The translations under genes were made by a program, and so were the position numbers. Of a stretch of 64,000 nt of DNA, positions 39,306 through 53,874 are shown in pieces (the stretch's first letter is position 1; the number at the start of each line of letters is the position of its first letter). The notes beneath the pieces were generated by a model, which was given only the letters and a program-made list of their open reading frames with translations, made no database searches and was not told where the DNA came from. Source of the DNA: Vicugna vicugna (taxonomy: Eukaryota); assembly GCA_013265495.1 (NCBI GenBank), contig MU058531.1, positions 3,038,911 to 3,102,910 on the forward strand, given 5' to 3'.

Positions 39306-42300
39306 TAAGAAAGAGGATGGCCTTGAGTGATGGCGGTCGACAGTGTAAACTCTTATTGAAGTCAACTATAGAAATTGCTGTGTTGCAACAGTTTTTGAAC
39401 AACCAAGTTGGAAGTACCTGAGAGAGAGGAGAAAAGAGCCATGGAAAGTCTCAGAATCTCTGTGGGTCTGTGGAGAAAGAAAGTTTATGATGCGTGTGAG
39501 AGGGCTCTGTGCACCCTAGGGTATGTATAAAGGTAAAGAGAAAAGGAGGTTACACAGCCAGAGATTTTCTTATCAGTAGGGCACGCACTGTAAGGCAGTG
39601 CCCATATATGAGAAAGTCAAGCTTTGGTAGTTGGAGGTAGGCGTGAAATCAGGATGTAAGACAGATGGGACATCTGCCATTTGAGAGGCGCCAAGTGATG
39701 CTCCTGGGAGCTCAAGAGGGAGATGTCCCCTTGAGTGGGCGGGGCACAGGGGAGAAGGGGGCACGACCAGGAAGCTTTTCACAAGAAGTGGCTAATCTTG
39801 GTTTTGTTTTTTGTTTTTTTAGTTGAAGTATAGTCAGTTTACAGTGTTGTCAGTTTCTGGTGTACAGCATAATGTTTCAGTCATACATACACATACATAT
39901 ATTCCTCTTCATATTCTTAAGCTTGGTCTTAAATTCACTTTGATTTGTACAATATCATGTATGACTCACATCCCACAGAAGGCGGTCTTTCTTCCTTTTA
40001 CCGATTTTATTTAAGGGGTATATAGGCTTGTAGGAAGAGTTGTGAATATAGTTATACCTTTAAAAAAAATCTCTTGAGAAAATTCTAACTCAAAAACGAT
40101 TCAAGTGAGTCATTGTTAGATGGAGGAGAACACTATGTTGTCACAGCGGAGAACCTGTCTGGAATCACACAAGCTCATTAGGATAAATAAGCCCTCTGGA
40201 GAGACCTTTTTTCAGTTTCGATAATAATCTTTTATTATAAGGCTCAGGGGAGGGAATACACAGAAATATGTCTAAGTTTAGAGATTATAGTACATTCTTC
40301 CAGGTAATGAAAAGCCAAGTGGGAAAACTTGTAAGACAGAGCGAGCAGGCAGAAAGTGGAACCAAAAAAAACCAATCAAAAGCCCTGACTTGAGTGTTTT
40401 TAATAGCCGGTGATTGATGCGGTGTCCAGACAGGGCAACACAGAGCAGCTGGGTCAGAATCATCCATTTCTTGGGGCAGAGGGTGGAGAGGGGTAGCAGA
40501 CTGTTTTAAAAAATCAAAAAACAAACACATCCTGGGTTTCATTCTTTAGCTCCCTGGGGTTTGGGTCCTGGAAACTGCATCTTTAATAAGATTTTTTCCT
40601 AATTCTCATGTACAGTGGGATTTATACTATAAAAATGATGATAATATCTGTTCTATGAGAATTACAACGAGTAGAACTGAAAGTAATTCGGGAAGATACA
40701 AGTAAATTGTTATCACTCAATTTGTTATGAGTCTTTGTTTTACTGGTTGGGAGAGTCCTTTATTTTGGAGTATGAATTTTCTATGCATTTCCACTGATCA
40801 CATAGACTACAGGCAAGTAGTATCAAAACATAATTCATGGTTTAGTTTTATATTTACCTACTGAAGCAGAGTAAGTTTTAAAAACTAGAGCCAAATGTTT
40901 AAATGCTTAAATTTGAAAGGCTCCTAGTAGAATATATATTTTTCCTTTCTGGAATTTGAGAGTTTATAATAGAGTTGTTGTTTCCCATCTTAATTTTTAA
41001 AAATGCTGTTTACTTTGCAGCCTGAGCTGGTTTTGATGGCTATGTAAAGGCTTATTCTTTCTAAAAAGGAATACAGCATCTTAGTAATCCATGCCACCTC
41101 GGTGAGGACCTGTCTACAGTGCTATTTGACCTGCTAATTGCTTACTTTTAAGGGTTGTAAGTAGAGTCACTAGGCAATGAAGACAATCACAGGGCATTTT
41201 ATGAGCAGGCACATTGAACGCTGGAAAAAGATGAAATTTTAACCATCAGATGTTCTTTTCACATTTTGGGGAGACAATGCAGTTATTTATTTATTTAATA
41301 AAAATATTTAGACTTAAAAACTTAAATTTTTTTAAAAATAAGGGAAATCTTTAGGGTTTAAGTAGCAATTTTCTTTTTGTGGGCATTACTCATTTTGTAT
41401 ATTAACAGGCTTTGAGCTAAGATATCTTTATGTCCCAGTAGAGTTGGATTCCCTACTTTGATGATTAGAACCATCTATATTTGAAACTAGTCAGAAATCT
41501 GCCCTTTAACCTAATGAATAGGTGGAAAAGCATTGTTGGCCAAATTTTTCAGGGTATAAACTTTAATACTATAATGTGCTGTAAAAATGATAAAATTGCT
41601 CAGATCAATAACGGAACGCATTTATTATTCAAAATACTTCTTTGTGAAGTCTATGATAATTTTATTTATGCTTTTTTGTACAAACCCCATTTTTTAAAAA
41701 ATTGAAGCACAGTCAGTTACAGTGTGTCCATCTCTGGTGTACAGCACATTGTCCCAGTCTTGCATATACAAACATAGTCACCATGTTAATACAAAGAAGG
41801 AATGAAGAAGAAATAAATATCTGATGTGCGGTCACCAGCGAGCCACAAACCTATCGGCAGTCTTCTCTGATGGGTGTTGCACGACCACGTTGGAGACTAG
41901 GGCTGCTGGCGCTGCCTCTGGCCTTGCCTGACCTGAGAGCCCTTGTCAGAATGCATTCGAGTCACTTCTACCTATTTTGGTGTGCTACACCGAATGTATA
42001 CTTTTATTGCCATTTTAATGGCAAAGGGAGAACAGAGATGGCCTGTTAATGGCAGAGGGAGAGCAAAACTAGACTCTGAGCAGGTGAAGCCAGCTGAGCC
42101 AGTGGGGCCCCAGCAGGAGCGGGGCTGGGATGAGGCCTCCTCTCTTGTTCTGAGCACCTGTCTGTACATGGCATTTCCAGTACAAAGCTTAGGAGAACAA
42201 ATAGGATGTTAACATGCTTATCTATATTTTAAATTGATGACAGTAGTGGTTGTAGAAATTACACATGCCCACTATAAGAATTCAAGCAATAGGAAATATT

Positions 42301-44657
42301 CCAAAGATACATATAAAAAAAAATCACTCCAAATCCTACCGCTCAGAAATAGACATTTCATTAACATTTGATGACCTTCACTGCAACCGCCCTGTGAATA
42401 TATACAGGCAGGGTGGAGAGAAACAATTTTATAAAAATGAGATCTTACTCTCCAAGTTATCATTTTTTGTCAATTATTTTTTAAATTAAGTTTATTGAAG
42501 TATAATGTGGGTACAATAAACTGCATCCCTTTAATGTATAATTCCTAAAAATTCTGTGAATAATTCATAAAAATTCTATGAATTCTATTCATACAGCTGG
42601 GAAACCACCACACTCAAGATACAGAACACTTCTGTCTTCCCAAATGATTCCTTGTGCCCCTGGCAGTCTATATGCCCCTCTCCCCTCCTAGCTTTAAGCT
42701 GCCACTGAAATGTTTTTAGCTGCTATAAATTAGTTTGATTCTTCTAGATTTTATATAAATGCAGTCATGCAATAGTTACTCTCTAGTGCCAGCTTCTTTC
42801 ATGCAGAATAATAATTTTGTGACTTCTTGCTATTGAGTGAATCAGCAGTGATTCATTCCTTCTTGTTGCTGAGTGGTAATCTATTTATCTGGAGTAAAAA
42901 TATTTAATTTTGCTCAAATTTAACAGAAGAAAGTTTTTTAATAGAAGGAATTGCAGAACTTCAGAGAATTGTGTCTTTACCCAAGAGATGTTAGTTCTTA
43001 AATAGAACTCTAAAATCAACAGATGGCTATGGGAAGTTATGAAAAACTACATTTTCCATAAGTATTTAGATGTTTGATTTTAGACTATGTGTTAACTTTA
43101 CAGCATCTTTGAATTCCCTGTGTGAAACATGACACAGTTAGAATACTTACACTGCTTCCCACATCTCCACCTCTGTTTTGTAAGGTATTTACTATCATTA
43201 GTTCTTCTTTACTGTTACCAGTATTCATAAAATTCACATTTTGCTGTATAATTTACACCATTTTTTTAAAACCGTAACACCTGTTGCACGACTAATTGTG
43301 GAAATTCCTGAGATGAACTGGGTACCGCAGCAGCAGCTCTCTTGGGTCTAGGTTTTGTTCCTCCACAGAATCCACGCCTGAATCTTCAGTGTACAGTCTG
43401 CAGGAGCCGCCTTCGGCCGCGGCTGTCCATTTACACTTTCTCTTCTGCTTGGCAGGGTGGCCGCATTTGCCACAGGCCGGCTTCTGAAGAGGGGAGGCCT
43501 CAGAGCCTCAGTGACTGTCTCACTGCAATAATTCCCGAAAGACAATGTTCCGTTGTCGTCTCTTCTGTGGCCGAGACCAAACAGGCACAGTTGGTTGTTC
43601 TTAATTCTGCTTTTAAACGGGCCTGATACTTAACCTCAGTCCCTTCACCATGCTTGTCCATTCCCGTGTATGTTATTTTGACTCGTACCTTGATTAGCTA
43701 GATTTGTGTCATCTGGTAATTTTCCCCAGAGAGTCTAAGTACATGCCCAAGAAGATGTGTTTGTTACATTTATTTTTGAAGGTCAGTTTGGCAGGATATA
43801 ACGGTCTGGGTCACACTTCCTTTTTCTCCTGTGTCTTCTGGCATTAAACATTGTCCTGAGAGGTATAAATGGCCAATCTGACTTTCTCCCCTGCATGTGA
43901 CTTGATTTTTCTGCCTAGACACTTATGATCTTTAATTCTTCATATTTTAGTGCCTTTGTCTGAATGTCTAGGTGGTGACCATTCTGCATCTATTTTTTCC
44001 TTGCTATCAGTTATACTTATGATCCATACAACTTTTATTTTTTAATTTTGGGGAAGTTTCTTTTTTCATTATATCTTTGAGTATTTTTCTAATATATTGG
44101 GAATACCAGTGATGATATATTGAGTCTTCTTGCCATTTATTGCTATTATGTTCTTTATATATTTATTTTTTTTCATTTTGTTTTAATTTTCCTCAAGACT
44201 GTGGACTTTGCCCTTGTTGTATGTCAGTTGCTTATTCTATTTGAGTAGGTTTAATGTGGATTTTATCAATTATACTGCTTTTATATTCAGTTTCATCTGT
44301 TTCATTCTACTACTGGTGCTGCTAGTTCATTTTTTTTTTCAATTACAAGTAGTTTATTGGAAGGTGCAAGGAACATGGGTAGGAGAGGAAGATGTGATGC
44401 AGGGAAGGCAAGGCAGCCTTTGAAGTGGATGCTGTTGAGCCGGCTACCAGAAAGCACAATTGGTGCTTGATACAGTGAGGAAATTGTAGAATATAGTCAG
44501 AATGCCAAAGGTCAAGGGAGCTGAGGTATCACTACTTCCACACCTGTCAGTCACTGACTGAAGGCTGCCTCTGGGGAATGTTAACTCTCTGGTACTTCCT
44601 GACACCTGTGTCTATGGGCAAAGTGGGTGCTACAACCCTCCAAAAAGATGCAAGTGT

Positions 44658-45252
44658 ATATCTGGAGAAAACTTATTTTGAAAAATACATGCACCCCAAT
44701 GTTTATAGCAGCACTATTTACAGTAGCCAAGACATGGAAGCAACCTAAGTGTCCATTGACAGATGATTGGATAAAGATGTAGTGTGTGTGTGTGGTGTGT
44801 GTATACACATACACAGGAACACTATTCAGCCATAAAAAAGAATGAAATAACGCCATTTGCAGCAACATGGATGGACCTAGAGATTATCATACTAAGCGAA
44901 GTAAGTCAAAAAAAGATAAATGTATCACTTATATGTGAAATCTAAAATAAGACACAAGTGAACTTATTTACAAAACAGAGACTCACAGACATAGCAAACA
45001 ACTTGTGGTTATCCAAGGGGAAAGAGGATAGGGGAGAGATACATTAGGAGTTTGGGATTAGCAGATACAAACTCCTATATATAAAATAGATAAACAACAA
45101 GGTCCTACGGTATAGCATGGGGATCTATATTCAATATCTTGTAATAATCTATGATGAAAAAGAATATATACATGTATGACTGAATCACTATGCTGTACAC
45201 CACATACTAACACAACAATGTAAATCAACTATACTTCAATTTAAAAAGACTG
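44658..45252 (+). mobile_element. L1 3' fragment nested in an older MaLR-like LTR (~44345-45350)
   Basis: atgcaccccaatgtttatagcagcactatttac...aaatcaactatacttcaat; 16-bp TSD AAAAAGATG(C/G)AAGTGT at 44642-44657 and 45253-45268. Confidence 0.88.
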
Positions 45253-45639
45253 AAAAAGATGGAAGTGTTGGCTATTGGAAGGTAGGCTGCCATGCACAGA
45301 AATGGCAAAGTGGTCCAGGGGAAGGTGGATGGGGCATAGACAGGATCTTCTATATCAACTACAATAGATCCATCTTAACTCTTAGGACACAAAATGGTTG
45401 AAAGCTGAAAAGTTGTCAAGAAATCTCTGAGAAACATTGATGAAGACGAAGCTGATGTGGCTCTATACCTATATTAAAATCTGATAAAGTAGAATTTAAG
45501 TTAGATGAATTACCAGAAAACACAAAAGATATAATCTAATTAACAAATTTGAGGTAACTGACACACATATAACAAGACACCAAATAACCACAGAGTATGC
45601 AATCTCTTCATGTAGACCCAAAATACTTTTTGGTGCAAC

Positions 45640-46412
45640 TTTTTTTTTATTGAAGTATACTTGATTTACAGTATTGTGTTAGTTTCAGGTATATAGCAAA
45701 GTGATTTGATTGTACATATGTATGTATATATATTCTTTTTTTTATTCTATTCCATTATAGTTTATTGTAAGATACTGAATATAGTTTCTTGTGCTATACA
45801 GTAAGTCCTTTTTGTTTTTCTATTTTCTATATGGTAGTATACATATGTTAATCTCTTACTCTCAATTTCTCTCTCCCCACTTCCCTTTTGGTGACCGTAG
45901 TTTGTTTTCTATGTCTGTGAGTCTGATTTTGGTTTGTAAATAGAATTTGTATCATTTTTATTTTTAGATTCCACATAAAAGTGGTATGTCTTTCTCTGTC
46001 TGATTGACTTCACTTAGTGTGATAATCTCTAGGTCCATCCATGCTGCAAATGGCTTATGTCATTCTTTTTTATGGCTGAATAAAACTCCATTGTATATTG
46101 TCATCTGTTAATGGACACTTAGGTTGCTTCCATGTCTTGGCTGTTGTAAATAGTGCTGCTGTGAACACTGGGGTGCATATATCTTTTCAAATTAGAATTT
46201 TCATCTTTTCCAAATATATGCCCAGGAGTAGGTTTGCTGAATCATATGGTAACTCTATTTTTAGTTTTTAAAGGAACCTCCATATTGTTTTTTATAGTGG
46301 CTGCTCCAATTTACATTCTGACCAACAATGTAGGGAGGTTCCCTTTTCTTCTCACCCTCCCTAGCATTTATTATTTGTAGACTTTTTGATAATGGCTGTT
46401 CTGACCAGTGTG
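45640..46412 (-). mobile_element. L1 3' fragment
   Basis: Poly-T, then ttgaagtatacttgatttac...ggaacctccatattg...ctgaccagtgtgaag. Confidence 0.88.
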
Positions 46413-46689
46413 AAGTCTGCCAGATTATTTTTAATTTTCCTGTTGTTGCCTTACAAACTCCTCTTTGAGTTCTTGTGTTTTTGAAACTATGGAAACTATG
46501 GATTTGAAACTACTGGTGTGAATTTTTCACATGTTCCATTGGGTATTTTAAAAAATTGATCAAATGGACTGCATTAAAATTAAGAATTTCTGTTGACCCA
46601 AATCTAAAAATTTGATATATTTTCATTTGCCTTTTATGTTCCTTTCTTCTGTTGTTATTTTCTTAGTTTGGGGTGTATGTGTGGGAGTG

Positions 46690-47850
46690 AATACATTACG
46701 TTTATGTATTCAGTCAACTATTGAAAGAAATTTACATGACTTCTCATTCAGGGTTGTTATGTATGGTGTGCTATGACTATCTATCTAGTACATGTCTTTT
46801 CGTGGACACGCACATGGTTTTCTGTTCAGTACATACATGGGAATAGAGTTGCTTGGCCATAGGATGAGTATATGTTTAACTTCAGTGGATGCTGACAGTT
46901 TTCCAAAACGGTTGTACAAATACATATTCTTAGCAACAGTTCCACTGGCTCTCCATCCTCCCCAGTGGCTCTCCATCCTCCCCAGCACTTGGTACTTTCC
47001 ATCTTTCTCATTTTTTCAGTCATTCTGATGGGGATGCAGTGATACTGCACTGCATTGAATTTGTGTCTAATTAAATTTCATTGATTAACAATAGGAGCTA
47101 CAGTTTCTTACGTTTATTGGCCTTTTGAAATTCTGTGTTGCAGTTGCGTGACTTTGTTCTCAACTTGATTTGTAGGTATTCCTTATATATTCTGGTTTAT
47201 GTATCTTTTGTCAGAAATACATATTGCAAATATTTTCTCCTCTTCTGAGTTGCCTTTTTACTCTCAATGTTGGATCTGGGTAAACAGAAGTTATTTTTAA
47301 TGTAATCATTTGATCAATGTTTTGAAAGATTAGCTCTCTTTTCTCATTTTAAAAATCTTTTTTTCAAGGTAATGGAGATATTTTTCTCTAAAAGTGTTAT
47401 TGTTCTACCTTTCTCATTTAGATCCACAGTCTTTTTACAACTTATCTTTATATATGTTGTGATGCAGAGATCAATTTTTCTGTTCCTGTAGACATCTAGT
47501 TGACCCAGCACTATTTATTGAAAGGGCTACCCTTTACCCACTACACTTCAGTGAGACCTTTGTCATAAATCTGATTATAATAGGTGTGACTGTGTGTGTC
47601 TGCACTTTCTCTTCAGTTCCACTGGTGAGTTTGTTTCTTGTCAATACCTTGCCATCTTAATTACTATAGCTTTATAATAAATTTTAATTTGTTTAAGTAT
47701 AAATTCTCCACTTTTGTTCTCCCTCAAGATTGCCTTGGCTTTTATTAACACTGTAATTTCATCTGAATTTTGTCAGTTTACATACACACATGCACAATCT
47801 TGTTGGTATTTTGGTTGGAATTGCATTGAGCCTAGATGATTTTGTGTTCT
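46690..47850 (-). mobile_element. Old degenerate L1 fragment
   Basis: ttgcaaatattttctc, agttgacccagcactatttattgaaa, ttggaattgcattga. Confidence 0.65.
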
Positions 47851-48149
47851 TGTGATCTTTACGCAGCAGTTTCACGCCTGTTTTCTTTTTAAAATCACTC
47901 ACCCCTTGAAGGAACCAGCTATCTGCTGAAGAATCCTCTGAGGGGAGGGCAGGAATGTGCTGAGGACAGCCTCAGCTTCCTGTTTATTGTCTCAAACACT
48001 CTCTCCAGTTCTGTTTCTGTCGTCTGGGGAAAACCTCTTTGATTTGGGCTTTCCAGAAGCTGGGGAGGCTCATATTAAGCAAAGCCTGTGAAGCCACTGG
48101 CTCTGTTGGGATCTGGCTGTTGTTGCCTGCCTGCTCGCCTTCCCTTCTT

Positions 48150-48545
48150 TTTTTTTTAAATTTTATTTTATTGAGTTACAGTCATTTTACAATGTTGTGT
48201 CAATTTGCAGTGTAGAGCACAATTTTTCAGTTACACGTGAACAAACATATATTCATTGTTGCATTCTTTTTCACCATGATCTACCGCAAGATCTTGTATG
48301 TATTTCCCTGTGCTATACAGTATAATCTTGTTTACCTATTCTATATATACCTGTCAGTAGCTACAAATTTCGAACTCCCAGTTTGTCCCTTCCCATCCCC
48401 CTCCCCCTGGCAACCAGAAGTTTGTATTCTATGTCTATGAGTCTGTTTCTGTTTTGTATTTATGCTTTTTTTTTTTTTTTAAGATTCCACATATGAGCGA
48501 TCTCATATGGTATTTCTCTTTCTGGCTTACTTCACTTACAATGAT
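48150..48545 (-). mobile_element. Younger L1 3' end flanked by a 40-bp duplication
   Basis: Poly-T, ttttacaatgttgtgtc...agattccacatatgagcgatctcatatggtattt...cttacttcactta. Confidence 0.85.
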
Positions 48546-51500
48546 CTGGCCGTCGCTGCCTGCCTGCTTGCCCTCCCTTCTTGTTACACAGGTTATTATT
48601 CTCTTTGGTACAGACACTAAGGAATAGGAGTCAGATGTACGTCAGCATAGCCTTCCCGAACCAGCTCCTCCTCTGCTGACGCTCTGTATTGTCAAACTGG
48701 GTTTTCGAGGGACAGCCTTACTTCTCCGGTGTGCTGTTCCCGCCTTGGACCTTTTGCTCTAATTAAGAGATCACTGCCTTTGCTTACTTAAAAAACATTG
48801 CATGCGTGTATCTATGTTTAATCCTCAATTTGTTCCAAAAAGTTTTGAATGGAGCTTCCGAAAAGAATACATTAAAGGACATGAGGGCTAATAAGAAAAT
48901 AAAAATAAGATGTAGCATGGGGAAGGCCCACATGTGTCCAGTGAGAGGTACAAGCATTTATTAGACATGGGCCACAAATTTGGTCAAGAGCTTTCTAGCA
49001 ACTAGTATACAAAACAGAAGCAGGATCTTTTATATGAATCTATATTCATAACTGAAAAAAGAAACCACTTAGAAGCTCTTTTAAGAAGGGCTGTGAAAGA
49101 GGGGAAAGAGAAATAAAAAGAATATAGACTTGAAGGGTTTTTCAGTTAGGAGACTTGTACAAGGAGACTTGTTTTTAGATTAAAGTAAAAATGAGTGAGA
49201 AAATACGGTAAGAGTGAAATTCAGGAAATTGTGCTATCAACAAAGGAAGCAGTACTGAAAAGTTGAATGTACACTCCTTTCTTAACTATACCGATTTATT
49301 TTAATTTTTATTGCAGTATACAATCAGTTTACAATGTATCAATTTCTGGTGTACAGCATGTTTCAGTCATACATGTACATGTATTCATTTTCATATATCT
49401 TCAGTATGTTACAAGATGTTGAATATAGTTCCCTATACTATACAGAAGAAATTTGCTTTTAATTATATCAATTTAAAAAGTATGTCATTAATCATCCTTT
49501 TTTAAAATCCAATGTTGATTCACTTTGTAAAGTGAAAGACCTTTTTGACCGTCTGCTTTAATGCATTTGCTATATTATTTTGGATTAAAAAAGGTACGCC
49601 TTAAATGGAGTACAACAGCATTAATCGTATTTATTTTTATATCTCTTTATATATAGCTTTTTCTCACACACACATTTAACAAATAGCAACAGGTATCCAG
49701 CTTTACAAATAAAGGCAACATCTATTAAAGTAATTGGCACATTAAAAATGAATATTGATTTACTTGGTTGGTGGTTGGAGATTGCGTGTGTAGACTCTGT
49801 AGTCTAGGTCTATCCTAAGGGATTACTCATTTAAATTCAGCAGCCCGTTTTGTATGGTACCCCCCCCCCATTCTGTTTTTATTTGGCTTCTTTCCTAATG
49901 TTTTGGGGTTTTAAAATTACATATACTTAAGGCGTACATGTTTGATATACATATATATAGTGAAATGATTACTAGTTGATTAACATATCCATCTTCTCAC
50001 ATATTTACCTGTGTGTATGGTGAGAACACCTGAAACCCATACTCTTAGCAAATTTTTCAGTATATAATAAGGATTAAAATGACTTCATGTGCTATTAATA
50101 TTTGTCTGAAAGTTAAAGGCATTTCTATACATGACCCCAACTTTTTCTCCTTAGTACAAAGATGACTTTTAAGTTATTACTGGATCTACCAAGAATGTGT
50201 GGGAATCACTTAATACACATTACTTTGGGAACATAATAAATATGTCAGTGAACAAATAAAGGAGTGACTCACTGATATAAACATGCCACTGGGTCACCAC
50301 CAGTCCAAAGAAAGGCCACCATGTACCAAAATCAGGGGCTGGTTAAGTGGGATTAAAATGACCAGTGGCTCACTTACTCTTCCATCTTCCTGGCCAATCC
50401 AGACTGGGTTAAAAATAACCTGCATCCAGAAGATTTGGTGCAGAGATTATACCCAAGAGGCTGTTGTGAGCCATCTCAAGTAAGACAGATTTTGAGTTAG
50501 ACAGGCTTTCTTTTTGTTTATTGTAGTTTGGAGTGTTCATTTCTTCTATCAGTTTAAACAGACTAACTGTAGTTGCTATTATAAATTCATTATTTTAACA
50601 GAAAAAATCACAGCTTCCTTCTCTATTCTATCTGCTGTGTAAAATGCCATTTTTCTTGTCATGGAAGCTGTTATAAAAGGATGACTTAAGTGAAGGCTTG
50701 TATTAAGGATACAGTAATAGCTACTCGTCCATTTCTTGCTTTCCAGTATTTCAGTCTCCTGGAATGGCAGCCATATTTGGTCTCAGGTTTGCAATTCTAC
50801 TTTAACCTGGGGATAACTTCAAAACTTTATATAACAGCAGTAATGACAGAACAATAACTAAATTTTGTAGCAACTTAGTTTTGAAATGCATTTCCCAGTC
50901 GTCTCATTTGCATCAACATTCCATAAATATTTATTAATCACAGACTGAGTGCTAGGCAGTTAGCGGGGCAGCTGTTGTTATCTCCATTTGCAAAAACAAA
51001 TTCACACAGAGGTTAAGTGAGGTGTCCAGATTACGCAGCTACCAAGTGGAGAAGCAGGGAGCTGAACCTGGGCTCCTTGCTGAGGTCAGTGGAGTGCCCC
51101 ACTGTGATTTAAATACCAACTTTGCTGTGTACTTACTAGCTATTTAACCTTGAGGGATTTACTTAACCTCTCTGTGCTGCAGTTTGTTGTGAGATTAAGG
51201 GTATTCATAAAGTGCTCAGAACAATGCTTGGGAAGTAGTATGCTTTCTGTGAGATTATGTAAGTGTCTGCTATTATTTGATGCTTGGTCCAGTATTTTCT
51301 ACATTATGTTGCCTCTGTCTCTACGTGGGTTAGTAGACTATTTCCTTCTTTCCTGTGGAATTTTTCTGTATTGCATACTGTTAACTTCATTTGGCAAAAC
51401 CACTATACATCTGTCCTTTAGCCTGTATGCCTAAAATGGTCTATTTGGAATATCACACCTTTTAAAACCCACTCCCAGATTTACTCTCATTTTCTAGAAC

Positions 51501-52081
51501 AATTAAAAATGAAGCTGATCTGTGTATTAAGAGATTAGTGGGAAACTCTGAAGAAAGGTATAGTCAAGTCTTTGTAAAATATAATTGCAAGAAATCATTT
51601 TAAGAACTTGGAAGAATTTCATTACTTTTTCCTGTGACTGTGTGAGTACTATTGTAATTTGAGCTTCTGAAAGTCTTCCAACAGTTGCTATATTCATTCT
51701 GAAATTATCTAGTAGATAATTCAACATGTCTAACAATTAGACAAATATTCTTTAATAAAGCTCAATTAATATGGCAAATTTTAAATCTATTGTTTTGCTT
51801 AAATAGTCCTGGAAGAAAACACTTTTATTTGCTCCAAAAACTTACACATTGATTACATGAATATCTGCTATTAGTATCTGTTTTTATAGTTTAAATTACC
51901 TTACTCAGAGTACAGTAGAGAGAGGTAACCTAATCCAAGAGAGAAAACTGAAAGCAAAAAAAAAGGTAAAAAACCCAGTTTTTCTTCTTTCTATAATGGG
52001 ATAATCTATATTTTATTAAGCATAGTTTTGGTTGGTTGGTTTATGAATCAAAGGCAAATTAATGATTATACTTTATTGTGA

Positions 52082-52198
<117 letters not shown>

Positions 52199-52799
52199 TA
52201 AGTACAGAACTCTAGCACTCTATGTGGCTCTACCTTCCGTAAACGATCCACTGCTTTAAAGTTAAATGGCATTTATTCACACACACAATCCTTCATTTTC
52301 CTTTTGGATTATTAATAAAATACCCTCAAGATGCCTCACAGTGAATTTACTAGACACATCTACACATATTTTAGAAGCTAAGCCCCTAGTAATAGTTATT
52401 GGAAGAAATCTGAATTGAAGGATATGCAGCAAGGTTGGTGCATTGCCAGAGGAGCGATGTCACAAAACCTTACGAGGTGCCGCCTTGTCCTGGTGAATTC
52501 ATTGTAGTCCAGAGTCTGGTATTTACAGCTGCAGACTCAAACATTTGATCCTGCCACAGTCTCAGAGCTGAAACATCTTGGTGATACTGATGCACATTAA
52601 CAAACTCACAAAGTTTATACACCAGAGTGCCAGCCTATTTATAGTAATAGTTACCAAGGAGACCAGATACTCCAAGCTTCTGCACATTTTCTTGTCAGTG
52701 AACTATAAAGTTGCTTAAAATGCGTAAGAACAAGGTGAATTAGTTATAGGATCTACATGTTTAACAACTTGGGTGGGCAGTATCAAACAGCCTCTGATC

Positions 52800-53720
52800 C
52801 TTCTTAATTAAAAATTATTAAACAGTTCAAACATGAAGACAGGTATTTAGAAATATAAATTGATATCCAAATAGCTATAACCTAGATTCACCAAATGCTA
52901 AGATTTTGCCTTAGATCTTTTTTCCCCTAAGTAGAAAAAAAGTGGTGCAATCGAGGCATCCCACCCCCACGCCATCATGAAAGCCCCCCCCCCGCTCCTT
53001 CACAGATACCACTATCTTGATGTTACTGTGTACTCATCCTTTCTGTCCATGTTTTTACGTGGTATTGTTAAGTGTGTTTTAAAACTTCCCATAAATGGTA
53101 TCATACTGTGCATACCTTTCTGCAGTGTTTTCACACATTGTTTTAAAGATTTAGCTTGGTGGTAAATGGAGATCCAGTTCATTCATTTAAAATGTATATT
53201 CAGCTCTGTGAATATACCGTAATCTTTGCTTCATGGACATTCAGACTTTCCAATTTTTCATGACTGCCTATACTACCTCATTGTATATCCTTGTCTATAT
53301 ATGAGTTTCTGTAAAGTACATATCTAGAAATGGGACTGCTGCAGGCTTGCATATCTTCAATTATATCACATAGAAAACTGCACTCTTGAGTAGGTATGCC
53401 AATTTAAACTCCCACCAGCAGCGTACAAGAGTTCCTGTTAACCGTATCTGGACTATTCTCGATCTGGGCATGTTTAAATCTACTTTGTGAATCTGAAGTG
53501 AGATGAAATCTTATTGTTCACATTTGTATTTCCGTATCTTTTCATATATGTTGGGTTGTAACTTTTGGTTGGTTTTATACATTACAGTGTATCACAGCCT
53601 GTGGCCTTTATGCTATGATCTTTTCTGTCACATGTAACTTTTAGTTGTATTCAAACTTATTTTTTTCCCTTAATGGCTTGTGCCTTTTCTGTCTGAAACC
53701 CTTTCTACACCAACGTTACA
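52800..53720 (-). mobile_element. Old L1 (L1ME-like) fragment
   Basis: ataaatggtatcatactg, tcccaccagcagcgtacaagagttcctgtt. Confidence 0.6.
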
Positions 53721-53874
53721 CAGGCATTCCCTGTTCTCCTCCCCTGGCCCCTTAGATCCACCAGGTGGACATCTAGTGCCAAGTCGAAATTGAATTCTGA
53801 AAAGCATGGATTAAAGACACTTTTTGTCTCTGGTCTTATATGCTAAAAGTGTTGCACAGCTGTATCTTTTTTAG

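Noticed and set aside
41875..43292. TGTTGCACGAC occurring twice in intron 15
   Set aside because: An 11-mer match is expected by chance in 64 kb and there is no flanking similarity
53756..53774. CCACCAGGTGGAC, a CTCF-like palindrome upstream of exon 17
   Set aside because: Lacks the conserved GGC 3' core; a single motif match is not enough evidence
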